A stretch of 64,000 nt of DNA from assembly GCA_010909165.1 (NCBI GenBank), contig MU008160.1, positions 1,116,001 to 1,180,000 on the forward strand. Reading direction: 5' to 3'. The translations under genes and the position numbers were made by a program. Under the pieces are notes generated by a model. That model was not told the DNA's origin. It did not search any database and saw only the letters and a program-made list of their open reading frames with translations. How positions within the stretch are numbered: position 1 is the stretch's first letter; every line of letters starts with the position of its first letter. The DNA is from Anthoceros angustus. Taxonomy: Eukaryota > Plantae > Anthocerotophyta. Below, in pieces: positions 1 through 11,190 of this stretch.

Positions 1-1470
1 CTTTGAAGCTCACTGCTCCATTCCAATTCCCTATCTACAACGGCACTTCTTGCAATTCACCTTTGTGTTGCAGCATTCCTTTAGCTTGTTTCACTCTACA
101 TGGCTCATATGTACTAGCCCATGTCAAACCAAGCTTGCTTGCCTTGCTAGGAGAAATGAAATTATGTGTTCTAAGTCAAGCAACATCCTCGCTCGCTCCA
201 TTTATACATCCATGTATGTACATGAGCTCTCCACCCGCCCTCCGAATAGTCTGTCCTCGGCACTGAGACTCACCACATGCGGCCTTCGCAACATGTGGCC
301 GATCCGTCATTTGGGATCCTCGGATCCGCCACTGTAATCCCGAGTCTTGGTGTGGATCTCCTTATACGAGAGTTTGTTCAAGATTCGGGCATTCATTTGC
401 ATAATGTCCGGCTCTCCACATGAGTAGCATACTCCTTTTCGAGAACCCATACTTGTTGTTCTCGAGCTCCTCTCGATTCCTCGATTTCTTCATGAAATTT
501 CCTCTTGAATTGCCTCTTGCAATTCCATTTCCATGTCCTTAGCAGCTCCTCTGCTAGCACTACTACAGCTTCCTCTAGTTTGGGCATACCGACCACGGGT
601 ACTGCCTCGAAATCTTCTAGAGGAGTTGGATGTACTAGAATGGAAACTATATGGAATGGCATCTGCTGCTGTAATGGCCTCTGCCAATGTAGTTGGACTA
701 TGCAACTCAATTACATTAGCCCAATCCTTCAAACCACCATGAAGCGATGCGGTTTGTCATCTTCACTCATGGTAGTGCGATTGCATGACTTCAGAAGGTA
801 CTTACATAATCTCGTCTGACTGTTTGCTTGATATTGTCAAGGCTGCCTACTTAGACGAAGCATTCGCAGTTGAACCGCTTCTTGAGGGCTTCTTTGAAGG
901 ATGCCCGATGCAGTGATGGTATGTGCTCGGTTACCCTGGGCAACATTAGCACCATAACTCCGCCACCAGACAAAGCATAGCCCTTTAAGAAATTGCCAAC
1001 AATACCTAAGTAGTACTCGGCTCAACACCAGATGAGGCGAGATAAGTCTCAATAGAATAGATCCAAGAATCAATGACTTGCAGATCTCTTTCTCCCTCAT
1101 ACTTATCTGGTAGGGCTAGCTTCATGCTCGATTTTGAGCCACTTTGAAGATGCTCAATTGGGGAAGATTTCTTGTTGTTCTTCGCATCTTCGCCTTGTTG
1201 AGATGGGCTCTGGATTCGCTTTGTCTTCTTCCTTGAAGTCATTACATCGTCCAAGACACTGGAAGAACTTGATAAAGTACTTCCACCATCCGTTCTTCGG
1301 TCCTCGACTTCTCTCGATGGGCCTGTGCTCTCGGGCGCTCTCACTTCCTCTTGTTCGACGATGATGAATCTTGGCTTGAGGCGGATGATCGGAGACCGCT
1401 TCTTCACCTCTCCTTACGCTTCTCATTGACCATCTTGTGCACTCTCTAGTCACTCGGAGGAATGGACTAC

Positions 1471-1481
1471 GCCCGATACCA
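1471..1481 (-). promoter_or_regulatory. Primer-binding site, initiator tRNA-Met-like
   Basis: Minus strand reads TGGTATCGGGC, 4 nt inside the LTR end. The usual plant Met PBS is TGGTATCAGAGC. Confidence 0.6.
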
Positions 1482-1485
1482 CTCA

Positions 1486-2045
1486 AGTAACACCCCTCAC
1501 TGCGCTGTAAGGAAGCGACAAGTCTTGGCTTCCAGTCTAGGACCTCGCCAATTCACTCCACAAGAGACTTGCACGATTCTCAACGCCTCAACCTCACAAC
1601 ACGACTAGGCTCCAAGTAGCCCGCCGTCCACTGACGACTCGCAGGCCACCTCCTCGAGGTGCTGCTCTTTATTGCAAGAATACAACGATGGAATCTGGCT
1701 ATCTATTCCATGACAAGCTCACAAGCTAGCTCTCCACAACTCTCTCAACACAAGGCTTGCAGAGCACACTTGCCTGCTCTCTCAAAGAGTGAGTCCCACT
1801 TGTTACTTGTTCCTCAAAGCCCTTGCTCTAGCTCTTATATATCCCGTAGCCTGACCTTAACTAGGTAGCTGTTAAATCTAGGGATTCTTACAGACCACTG
1901 ATCACTAAAAGTCCTCTCTAGGCAGTTCCTCTCTAAAGAGATTGCATGAAGCATGCAACACATGCATCACAGGACAGCTACTAACTTAGCTTTTTACCTT
2001 TTTCAACTTTTCACCTTTCTACCTTATTTCATCATTGCCGTTACT
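1486..2045 (-). repeat. 5' LTR with AGTAAC...GTTACT termini
   Basis: agtaac at 1486-1491 and gttact at 2040-2045. Similarity to 22210-22977 starts and stops at these motifs. The PBS is adjacent. Confidence 0.8.
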
Positions 2046-2838
2046 ATTCTGGCATATTGCACGAGTTTGGTGTGGAAAAATATGCCCCGTCCCTCCTCCG
2101 TCCGCTTTGGTATGCCATAGTCACGTAGCCATTTACAGCGTTTTGCAAGTCGAACAAAGTTCATAATGGGCTCCCCTCGGTTCGGGTAGATGAGTTTTCC
2201 ATCTCCATTGGTCCATAATGGCCCAAAAGTTCCTTATTTCTGCCATGAACGACTCTCATGCGCAAGATGCATACACAATGCATTGAGCTAGGAGCTGAAG
2301 AACGGTACCTTCTAATCTGTCTCAGCAGTATGTACATCCCAATGCCCGCAGTTGGAGGAAGGTACCAAGCGTCTGCGTCCTCCATCAGAGTGGCATGGAT
2401 GATCGTTCCCACGCGTGGCCATGGCCTACATCTTCATCTTCCTCACTGCTGTCGCATCCATTGCAAGAAAAGCTGAGCCCACAACAGTAGATGATTTCCT
2501 GCAAGACTTGGAGGAATCTCATCACCAAGGCAGCAAGCTTGATGAGAGCCGAAATCTGCACAATTGGTAGAGTTTCTTGCTCCACGCGGAGGCAGGGGAT
2601 CATGCTTTCAGCAATTGCAAACAGCAGAGCAGCAAGTCAAGCCCAAGTCAAGAGGCTCGTGAAGTACATGTGTAGTGGAAACTGTCGGGAGGTTCAGAGA
2701 CCCCAACAACCATGTACCTGCCTGCGTTTGCCTTCTCCCAACGTAGCGCAAGATTTTGGCGGCGAGCGCATACTTATAGGAATTGAGGCATACAAACTGC
2801 GGGGAATGGACGAAGCAGCTGACTCGCTCGTTTTCCAG

Positions 2839-4968
2839 AGCAAGGCAGGGCAAGGACACCACTCAATTCTTCTTGACAGCACGGGGAACAGCTGGAGCGT
2901 TCAGGATTGCCTGGTCTCTCTACGCGGCAGAGATGGTGTCATGGGCAGTTTTCGCCCTCCCATCCTACGCTTATGGATATGGTGAGAGGCGGGTGTGCTG
3001 GGGCTGGGCAAGCCTGCTCGTCTCTGCTATGATCAGATTTGACTCATGGCTCAACTGTGGGGGTTGTGGAGCTTGTGTCCTACGCAGTGGGTTGTGGCCT
3101 TCTCGTGCTGTTGCAGGGTTTCTTTGGCGGCCACATCACAAGGAGGCTGCCGAATGTCATGTCCTTCCCAGACTTCATTAGGAAGGTAAGTTAGCTGTCT
3201 TCGGTGCATTGGGAACCACTTGTAGGAACCAATTCTTGAGATGCTGGAGGATGGTGACTCCTGAACTGCTCTTCAGAGATTTGGTGTGGGTCACCCTCAT
3301 CATGGTGCTCGGCATGGCTATTGCTCTAACTGCCGAGATGACAGCCGCAGGAGACCTTTTCAGTGATGTCATTGGGACCATTCGTGTACCCATGGTTGTC
3401 CTGATCGCCATGGTGTCTATGGTGTACACGGCTGGTGGAGGGCTTTATGTGAGCATGATCACTGACCAGCTGCAGGCTGGCCTCACCCTTGTACTCCTGG
3501 CAATTTTTATCGTGCTTGTGGCTGTCGCCTTCAGGGAAGCACTTCCCACACCAGTACCCAAGAACCTCGGTGCCACCTACCCAGGTGAGTCACGATCTGT
3601 CTATGTCCTTGCTGGCAAAGCTTGCTTGTTCGGCAGCGAAGCCCCTTCTACAGCCCCCTCATATCATGCTGACTGTACAGGGTATGCCTCCATTGCGACA
3701 ATGCCGATCTCCCTGATATCAGTCTCGGTGTTCAGTGAGGCAGTGTGGCAGCGCTGTTGGGCATCTGCTAGTGACCGAGAATTGAAGCAGGGTGCTTTAT
3801 GGGGAGCTTGCCAGGTAATGCATATGTCCTCTGGATGGTAATCTGATGTTGGGGTTGAGAAAAGCCGATGTTGAGAAAAGCCAATGTGGTGTTTTAGCAG
3901 GACCATTTAAAGGCTTATGCCCCGTGTGCTAGGTGACTCTGGTGTGCTTCTTCTTTGGATTCGGTGGGTACCTCGCAGCCTGGTCTGGGGAGTTTGTGCC
4001 TTCTGGACCAGATGACTATGGCAACACCATTTTCTTCTCATTACTTACAAACAGCGATGGAGTCCAGGTATGGCACTGTCCCCATGGTTGTCGTCTAATG
4101 TCTGTACATAGTTTAACATATACAGTGTGATTGTGCATTGCACAACCCTATTTTATGTGTGTTCCAGTTGCAGGTAGTATGGGTCACTATCGTCGTGGCT
4201 ATTCTCGCAGTGGTTATGAGCGAATCAGCTCAAAGATTCTCTACAAAATGCACTCACAAACTGCATTGCAGGTTTGTTTCTGCCAAACCACTCTGTTATG
4301 TGGAGCCGTATGTTGATGGCTGTTATAACGATACCATGCCTGCTGGTATCACTCAGGGTAGGCAAACAGTGCCATTGCTTGTTGGATCTGTGTCTGAACT
4401 GATGACAAACACTGACTCATATCGTGTCCCTCTGCCTAGGGTTATAACTTAAACAGCCTTTTCCTCATCATCAACATCGTGACATCCACATCCGCGATCC
4501 CGATCATGTCAACGTTGTTCACCGGCCACTGGGCTGAGCGCATAGTGACACCTATCTCAACCCTTTGTGGCTGCTTGTCTGGATTGATATTTGTGATTGT
4601 CTATGGAGCCATTCGCAGCAACGGGTGGGGTATTAGCGTGTCCAAATCCTTTCATCTTGTAACTCTCCAAGCTCTAGTCCCATACTTCCACTCACAACAC
4701 CTTGACCCCAACTTCTGTTGCTTGCCCGTCCTGCCACAGGGGTTCTTCGATCAGTATGACTGGCCACCTTTTATTATTGTCTGGGTAGCCTCTGGGTCAG
4801 GACTCCTGGTTGCAGCAGCAATTGAGATCCCCACACGCTAATGTCTGGGAATCCCTTTACAGCCCAAGGCCTCTAGAGGCAGAGCTCTCTGACAGACGAG
4901 CTTAAATCTCTGACGGCGAATCGAAAGAGTTGGCTGAAAGAAGTGCCATTTCCAAGAAGAGCCTATAA
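2839..4968 (+). pseudogene. Sodium:solute symporter (SSS/SSF, DUR3-like superfamily), multi-exon, frameshifted; 5' end not defined
   Basis: Spliced peptides FFLTARGTAGAFRIAWSLYAAEMVSWAVFALPSY, VYTAGGGLYVSMITDQLQA, VFSEAVWQRCWAS and SESA-DSLQNAL. GT-AG introns, with donors near 3186, 3585, 3815, 4067 and 4358. At least two frameshifts (about 3280 and 4235). Confidence 0.8.
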
Positions 4969-5728
4969 TTAGTCCCTCCCCCTTCCACCCAGCTCGATGT
5001 GAAATCCAGCCAGCCTGTTGAAAAGCTCCCTAGGATCTCTGTCCGCAATGGGCCTGATGTTGTAAGGCTCTCCAAGATTCCTGCCCACAATGGCCCCTAT
5101 TATTATAAGGCTTTCTTGGTATAGTATAGTATAGTGGGTTATCTCCCCGGGTATTCGAGGTCCTCTAAATTAAGTGGAATATAAATATTATATCTATTAA
5201 AAAAACTTGGTAAGAATTTTTTATTCCCTTACTATCAATTAGGGAATTATATAATAAGATGATTAATCAAATATTTATCTTTTTGGTTGGTTAGTCTATA
5301 ACATACTAATATTTAATTTCACTCTAGTGATTAGATGATTTATTTGTAAATAAAGTAGTTGGTTAGCTAATGCGGTATTCAATTTGGTAGTTGGCTAGTC
5401 AAGTAATTATTATCATTGAGGACTAGAATTATATTTTTATTTGGAAATTCTTCGGTTTATATAAGAAAAATGCTGCACATAATGGTCTCATCGAGACCCA
5501 TTATTGATATTAATGATAATAATTCATGAATTTCTACCGCTGGATGGAAGCTAGTGGCAGGGACAAAATAGTACAGGAGTTCTATGATGCATAACGAGTG
5601 ATGTATTGTGTAACTAGCAAATCAACTTGCATTATCATTATTACACATCTTTTTGCAGGTTCAAAGCTAATAACTTACGTGGTTACAAAAATGTTTGGAG
5701 AATATTAAAACTTTTCTGGTTTATCATT

Positions 5729-5835
5729 TTTAGTGTTAAAATTAAGCATAAATTTAATAAGAGGGAGTATAATCAATTTTTCTCCTTTGTTTTTTATAGT
5801 GTTAAAATAAAGCATAAATTTAATAAGAGAGAGTA
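5729..5835. repeat. AT-rich direct repeat, 2 copies about 67 bp apart
   Basis: tagtgttaaaa(t/a)taagcataaatttaataagag(g/a)gagta occurs twice. Confidence 0.8.
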
Positions 5836-6865
5836 CAATTGATCTTGATTTAATCAAGCACAAGCTAAAACAAAACCATCTAAACAAAAGGCTCCTACTA
5901 GGATTTGAAAAGCAATGGTGACCATCTAGATTGTTCGCCTCCTCCTACCTAACAATAATCGAAGTTCCTCCGAGTCGTAGCTAGCCAAAACCTAAGATCC
6001 TCCTCATACTGAGCAAAACTTTGCATTTCTCCGCACAAACAGCGGAAACCTATGTTCCTTCTTAAACCTGCCCAAATCCCAAGGAGAGCAAGATATCAAA
6101 GTGCAATGAGTCGATCACCTTGTGTATTTGTATCTGAGCTAGGATGAAGATTCACCATAAATTCATGGTGAGCTAGGAAGAAGGTCTGCCAAAAATTCAT
6201 GGTGGTCTAGATTTTGTGACTCTTGATACGCGGCCAAACCTTTAAGGCTGCTTGGCACATTCTACAGTCACACAAAGAAAACAAACTTTCATGAGTGCAA
6301 TTTGCCATATGCCTATTCTATAAACACCATTTTTCAGCATAAGTTCATATTCACCTGCTTTTCGTCTTTAGTTGCATATCTCTCAAGTGGTATTTTAACA
6401 TTCGGTGAAGGTAAAGCAGGGTATAAAATCTGGACAGCAAAGGAAAAAGGAGAAAAACATGAAGTGAGTGTAAACTCACTTCACACATGCAGTAGCAAGT
6501 TACATTCACTTCACACATGCAAAAGCAAGTCATTACTGACAACAACCTGAATCAGTTTTGGGATCGATGAATCCAAACTTGCATGATTAAAAATAAATCA
6601 TTTACCTCCAAATTCTTTTTCACAATCTTTGAGTGACGTCTAACGGGTCTCCCCATGAACCCTGATTTCTCAAGGCTGGTATCATTGAATATGTCAACCT
6701 CTTCAGCTTTACGCTTTTGAGATGTTCCAAGGAGTCCGTCATTGGACGCGTCACCTTCTTCATTGATATGTTTTCCCTTCTTCTGTGACTTTCTCACCAT
6801 CCTGCAATATAAATTCATGGAGATGCAATATAAATTCATGGAGAGTAAAGCAACATATTATGTAA

Positions 6866-7010
6866 AATGAAAAATATAAATAAACTCAAACTTAGGTACA
6901 TACATGTGAGGTTAGTACTATGTACGAAGAAGCTAGTGAACACAACATATCATGTAACATAAAAAATATATAAATGAACTTAAACTTAGGTACATACTTG
7001 TGAGGTTAGT
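6866..7010. repeat. AT-rich direct repeat, 2 copies about 92 bp apart
   Basis: aaaaatata..taaa..aactt/caaacttaggtacatac.tgtgaggttagta occurs twice. Confidence 0.75.
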
Positions 7011-9694
7011 ATAATGAGCTGTGAACACGTCTCAATGGTTGTACATGTGGAGGATCCTAGAATCCTTTAGTATACATATAGCTGAAAGCAATCTCAATGA
7101 AAGAAAAAACAAAATAAAAACAGCATAGAAGTAGCTTCATTGAATGCACATATATAGGCTGAGTAGAAATTTTTCGAGAAATAATATCGATAACATTTGA
7201 GGAGATAGTTGCGCACAATGCTAGGATCCTATTTAGGATCCTATAGTACATATGTGGCAAATGAAAGACACAATCAAAATAAAAAAAAAACCATAGAAAT
7301 ACCTTCATTGAAAGCACATATATATAAACTTAACCGAAATTTAAGGAACAATAATAAATGACATCAAGAACATACAAACGGGAAAAGCTTTACTCTTAAG
7401 CTGAGCCTCATCCAACAGCCCTATTCTCAATTCATAGTGGCTCTCAAGTTGTGGGTCATTTGAGAGCCTTAGTTGTGGCTCTCAAGTTGTGGCTCATCCA
7501 AGCTTTCAAGTTGTAGTTCACCTTATTTATATTGCTAGGTTTCAATATTGGAAGCCTAACATGTCCATCTAATTGAGATTGTTAACCTATTAAATAATTC
7601 AGTTTAAAATATAATTATATAATATATAAATATAAATTACTTATTTAAATTTAAGTCAATTAGCCCAATATGTAGTCTCCTCCTTAATAACTGAAGTAGG
7701 CTAGGTATTGAGTTATCGAAAGGAGAACTTAAGACATGAAGACATGAATTCTTAGAAACCTCGAACCAAGGGTGTTTGGTTACTAAGATGGGTTACTTAC
7801 CCTAGCAATGAAGTTATCCTTTAGAGGTGAGGACCTCTTAGAAAAGGCCCTCAAGGAGTGCTGAGTTTGAACACAAGTACCTACTGAGCTGGAAGCCAGG
7901 TAGGGAGTTACATATGTACCCCGCTATCACCTCCATTCCACCGCCCTGCTGGCAAAAGCTTAATTGGGAAGGCTTTGAAATTAGTTCCTAAATAATCAGA
8001 AAAATTAGTTCCTAAATATTCCTACAATAGGAATATTACAAACAAGCCGGGGCCTGCATGACATCCATCCATTCATGACATGTCGAACTATATGCCTGTT
8101 TCGGGGTACTATACCTATTGTATACATGTCTGACATGCTTAGATTATGTCCTAGGCTTGTCGTAACTCTGTGGGCATCACAATCCTATCGATCTCTGAAG
8201 GCCTAGGCTAGACGTAGCTCCCTGCACGTCACATTCTTATCAATCTCTGAAGGCCATTAAGGCCTACAAGCTACTCGCCATACCGTACGGTCGTGGCAGG
8301 CCATGGCCTTCTCGAGTTCATGCTATGCACACAGGCTACCATCGCTTCATGTCTCGTCGGACGATGGCAGTGTAGAATGAGATCACGGTTAGCAGCATTC
8401 GAGTAGCAAATCCAAGTTAGGGGAATTGTTACCTTCTAGACACGCATTTTCAAAAGACCTGGTTCTAGCCCGATCCCCCCACAAGTTGCTTTGCAATCAA
8501 AGCCAGCTCTAACAAGGTCTCTTAAGACGTGGAGACAGGCTCCACTTTTTAGAGCCATACATTGAAATGATCAAATTTGACCTCTTTAAAATTAAAAAAA
8601 TCCTGTTTTGGGGGAATTTTCAAAAAAAAGGGGCAAAAAACACACGTTTTGGAGAGCCCAAAGTGATCTAAAAAGTTCATGTTGCAGTTTACTGGTTCGT
8701 ACAGAGCTCGAACTGCTACTAACTAGTCCTCCATATGTCTTGCTCAACTTACAACCTCGCTTTGTGCTCCCGATAGCACGTTTATGCTTTGTCCCCCAAG
8801 TACTTCCGCATTTGAATGGAGCCGTATTGATTCAACTCAGCCACAACTAGCAAATGGGTGGACACCTCTTCATACCTAAACATGCTAAGAAATCACACAC
8901 ACACACTCATGATCTTGATGGCACAAGACAAGCACTACGTGGCCAGAGCATTGTTCAGTCCTCCAACATGTTGTTTCAAGTTCCCAACAAGCACACAAGC
9001 AATGTCAGTATTGTGTAATCGGATAAAAGGAAACCAGATTTTGATTACTAGCTGAAAACGGGCTGTGTTCTTCACAAGCTTGCCCAATAGGACTCACATA
9101 AAGCTGCATCCATGGCTGCTTGCTGGTGCCTTGTAGCTAGCTTGGACTTGCCCCATTAAGACCCAGATCCCGCCGTGGTCGCCCACCTTGACGAGACAAA
9201 GCTCAAACGATGTTGGAGCCTCGGCCCTAGCGTCAAGCATAATGTTTCAACTGGAAATGACCTATACTAGGCCATTAATTAATCTAAATTGATTTCAACC
9301 TCTATGATATACAGCAAAATGGACAACTAGCATAATGTTCTTTTACTAGCCCAATTTAAGATCGCCTTCACCTGGCAATCACCTAGAACAAGCTTGACAG
9401 CTATCGTGCAAAACAGGACGCTTACACGATATATCAGCGTTAGACAAAATCAGCCATGCATATAGCTAAGCACATCACAAGAAAAGCCCAAGAACACACA
9501 AGCTTTCTAGATAAACATTGTAGCCTACATCCTGCAATAGCTATCTGGCTGTCAAGGATGATCCCTTGGGGCAACTCAGCCACGAATAGCAAATGGGTGG
9601 GCACCACTTTCATACACCTGCCCCTCCCCCCAAGATTGGAGAGGATGGACAATCAAGGCCTATGGTTAGCAAGGTGGCCACCCTTGAGGTGTAT

Positions 9695-9832
9695 AAGCAG
9701 GGCAAAACCACAAACCAGATGGCACATTGGGCAATTCAAGTGTTAAACAAAACAAGTGAAACTAGCATTGCACCCATCACACAAAAGCATCTTGTTTGCA
9801 TCATCTATTCACTGGCAGATTTGACAAGGCAA
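9695..9832 (-). pseudogene. PHD finger downstream of integrase
   Basis: Reading through one stop and one frameshift gives LPCQICQ*IDDANKMLLCDGCNAS-FHLFCLTLELPNVPSGLWFCPA, the C4HC3 pattern with the last Cys lost. Confidence 0.8.
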
Positions 9833-10107
9833 GTTAGTAGGAGGGACCCAACTAGCTGTGAGGTAGGGTCTAAGTTGGGCGGGTGGCAAGGCGCACAATT
9901 CTTGGAATTGTCGGGGATGGTCCGTCCATCAACACCTTCGAGCACCAGCACAACGTTTTCATGCACCATCTTCACCCGAAGAATGTGCCTACTTGTTGAA
10001 GCATCCAAAGTATCAGACTTTTGCTGCTGCAAGTAAACGTAGTCCCCAACCAGAAATTTTCGAAGCTTGGGGCGATAACTTCCTCCCCTCAAATGGGCGA
10101 AGCAAGG
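9833..10107 (-). pseudogene. Retroelement integrase C-terminal region
   Basis: FAHLRGGSYRPKLRKFLVGDYVYLQQQKSDTLDASTSRHILRVKMVHENVVLVLEGVDGRTIPDNSKNCAPCHPPNLDP. Confidence 0.75.
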
Positions 10108-10393
10108 ACTTAGCAAATTGTGCTGAGCTGGATAGCATTGCAAGGACTGGGACCTTTCCTCCCCTACATCGCTATGGGCTACTGTGTGTCCAAGCATGCC
10201 AGCTTGGACATACAGTAAGTACTTCTTGCCGTTTGGAAGAAAGCCTTTGCCACCATCTACCATTGCAGCTCAAATGGAGCTGGTAGTAGACTTGGACAGC
10301 CCTGCTTTTTGGGCTAAAGTGGTGGCTGAACGAGCTGCTTTATTTCGCCGGGTGATGCCCATGGCCATGCACAATTTGCAGCATCGAGACACC
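10108..10393 (+). pseudogene. Integrase core fragment, inverted relative to the rest of the element
   Basis: Plus strand with frameshifts reads KDWDL-LPYIAMGYCVSKHASL-YSKYFLPFGRKP...VVDLDSPAFWAKVVAERAALFRRVMPMAMHNLQHRDT. Confidence 0.75.
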
Positions 10394-10399
10394 TATGTG

Positions 10400-11190
10400 G
10401 TTTCACTGTGGAGCCAATTGAAAACCCCATGGCCCTTTCTCTTTCATCAGCAAGGGGCTCGTCCCAGCAATGCTTAGTGGTGTCGAACATCATGCCCGCA
10501 CCTTGATTGCGGAAAGCATGAGACTTGGGAAAGTTGACAAAAGTTGGCCAAGCTGATCTTAGCTTCCCTGGATGGTTAGCTGGAAACCAATTGCAATTCG
10601 ATGGCTCTTGATGGAGTAGCTGCTGGGGAACCCAACCGGGATTCATGACATCTTGGACCTTGCGATCAACATCTCGCTCCAGCTTGGCTAAGGTGGACTC
10701 TAGAATGGAGTGAGGAGCGAGGTTTGTCCAGAAATTCCTCAACTGATGGGCATAAGAGCCACATTGAGCAGCGTCCACAAGCAAAGGGCGACCAGCAAAA
10801 TGTTGAATCAATGCCATATCTAGGTGCATGCTTGGCTTAGGATCTAGCTGAGCTAGAGTGTTCTCAAGGATATAAGCTAGTTGTGGGGAAACTTGCCAGG
10901 CATGTTGCAAACATACCATCAGATATGCAAAAAGCCCAAAGCGTGGATCATGAAGTCCATCACCCCGTCTCGCAGCTGAAAATCCTTGACACTCCTAGCC
11001 TGCAATGATAAGATTCACATGGCCGAGTATTGTCCAACGGCTAGCTTGAATGAGTCGAACATAAGCTGGAAAATTGGAAAATGCTGCATGTCAAGCACTC
11101 GCACATACTTGGCAATTTTGACCCCTGCCCTCAAAATTGCCTCCAGCTCGGTAGCCATGCCTGCGAATAGCTCAACCAGCACGACTCCAT
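10400..11190 (-). pseudogene. C5 cytosine DNA methyltransferase domain, copy 1
   Basis: Motif I VVLVELFAGMATELEAILRAG (about 11185-11125). Motif IV VNLIIAG*ECQGFSAARRGDGLHDPRFGLF (Cys codon 10989-10991, stop 10995-10997). Motif VI AYILENT. Motif VIII LLVDAAQCGSYAHQLRNFWTN. Motif IX-like EPLADERERAMGF. Confidence 0.88.

Larger units (their letters stand above)
1..2045 (-). mobile_element. Ty3/gypsy LTR retrotransposon, 5' part (5' LTR, PBS, degenerate gag); runs off the left edge
   Basis: Minus-strand gag-like peptides KLALPDKYEGERDLQVIDSWIYSIETYL (1006-1407) and WANVIELHSPTTLAEAITAADA (490-732). PBS-like TGGTATCGGGC at 1471-1481. 1486-2045 is homologous to the LTR at 22210-22977. Confidence 0.85.

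Noticed and set aside
2161-2700. Short ORFs upstream of symporter copy 1 as its first exon or a separate gene
   Set aside because: No recognisable motif and no similarity to the region upstream of paralog 2.
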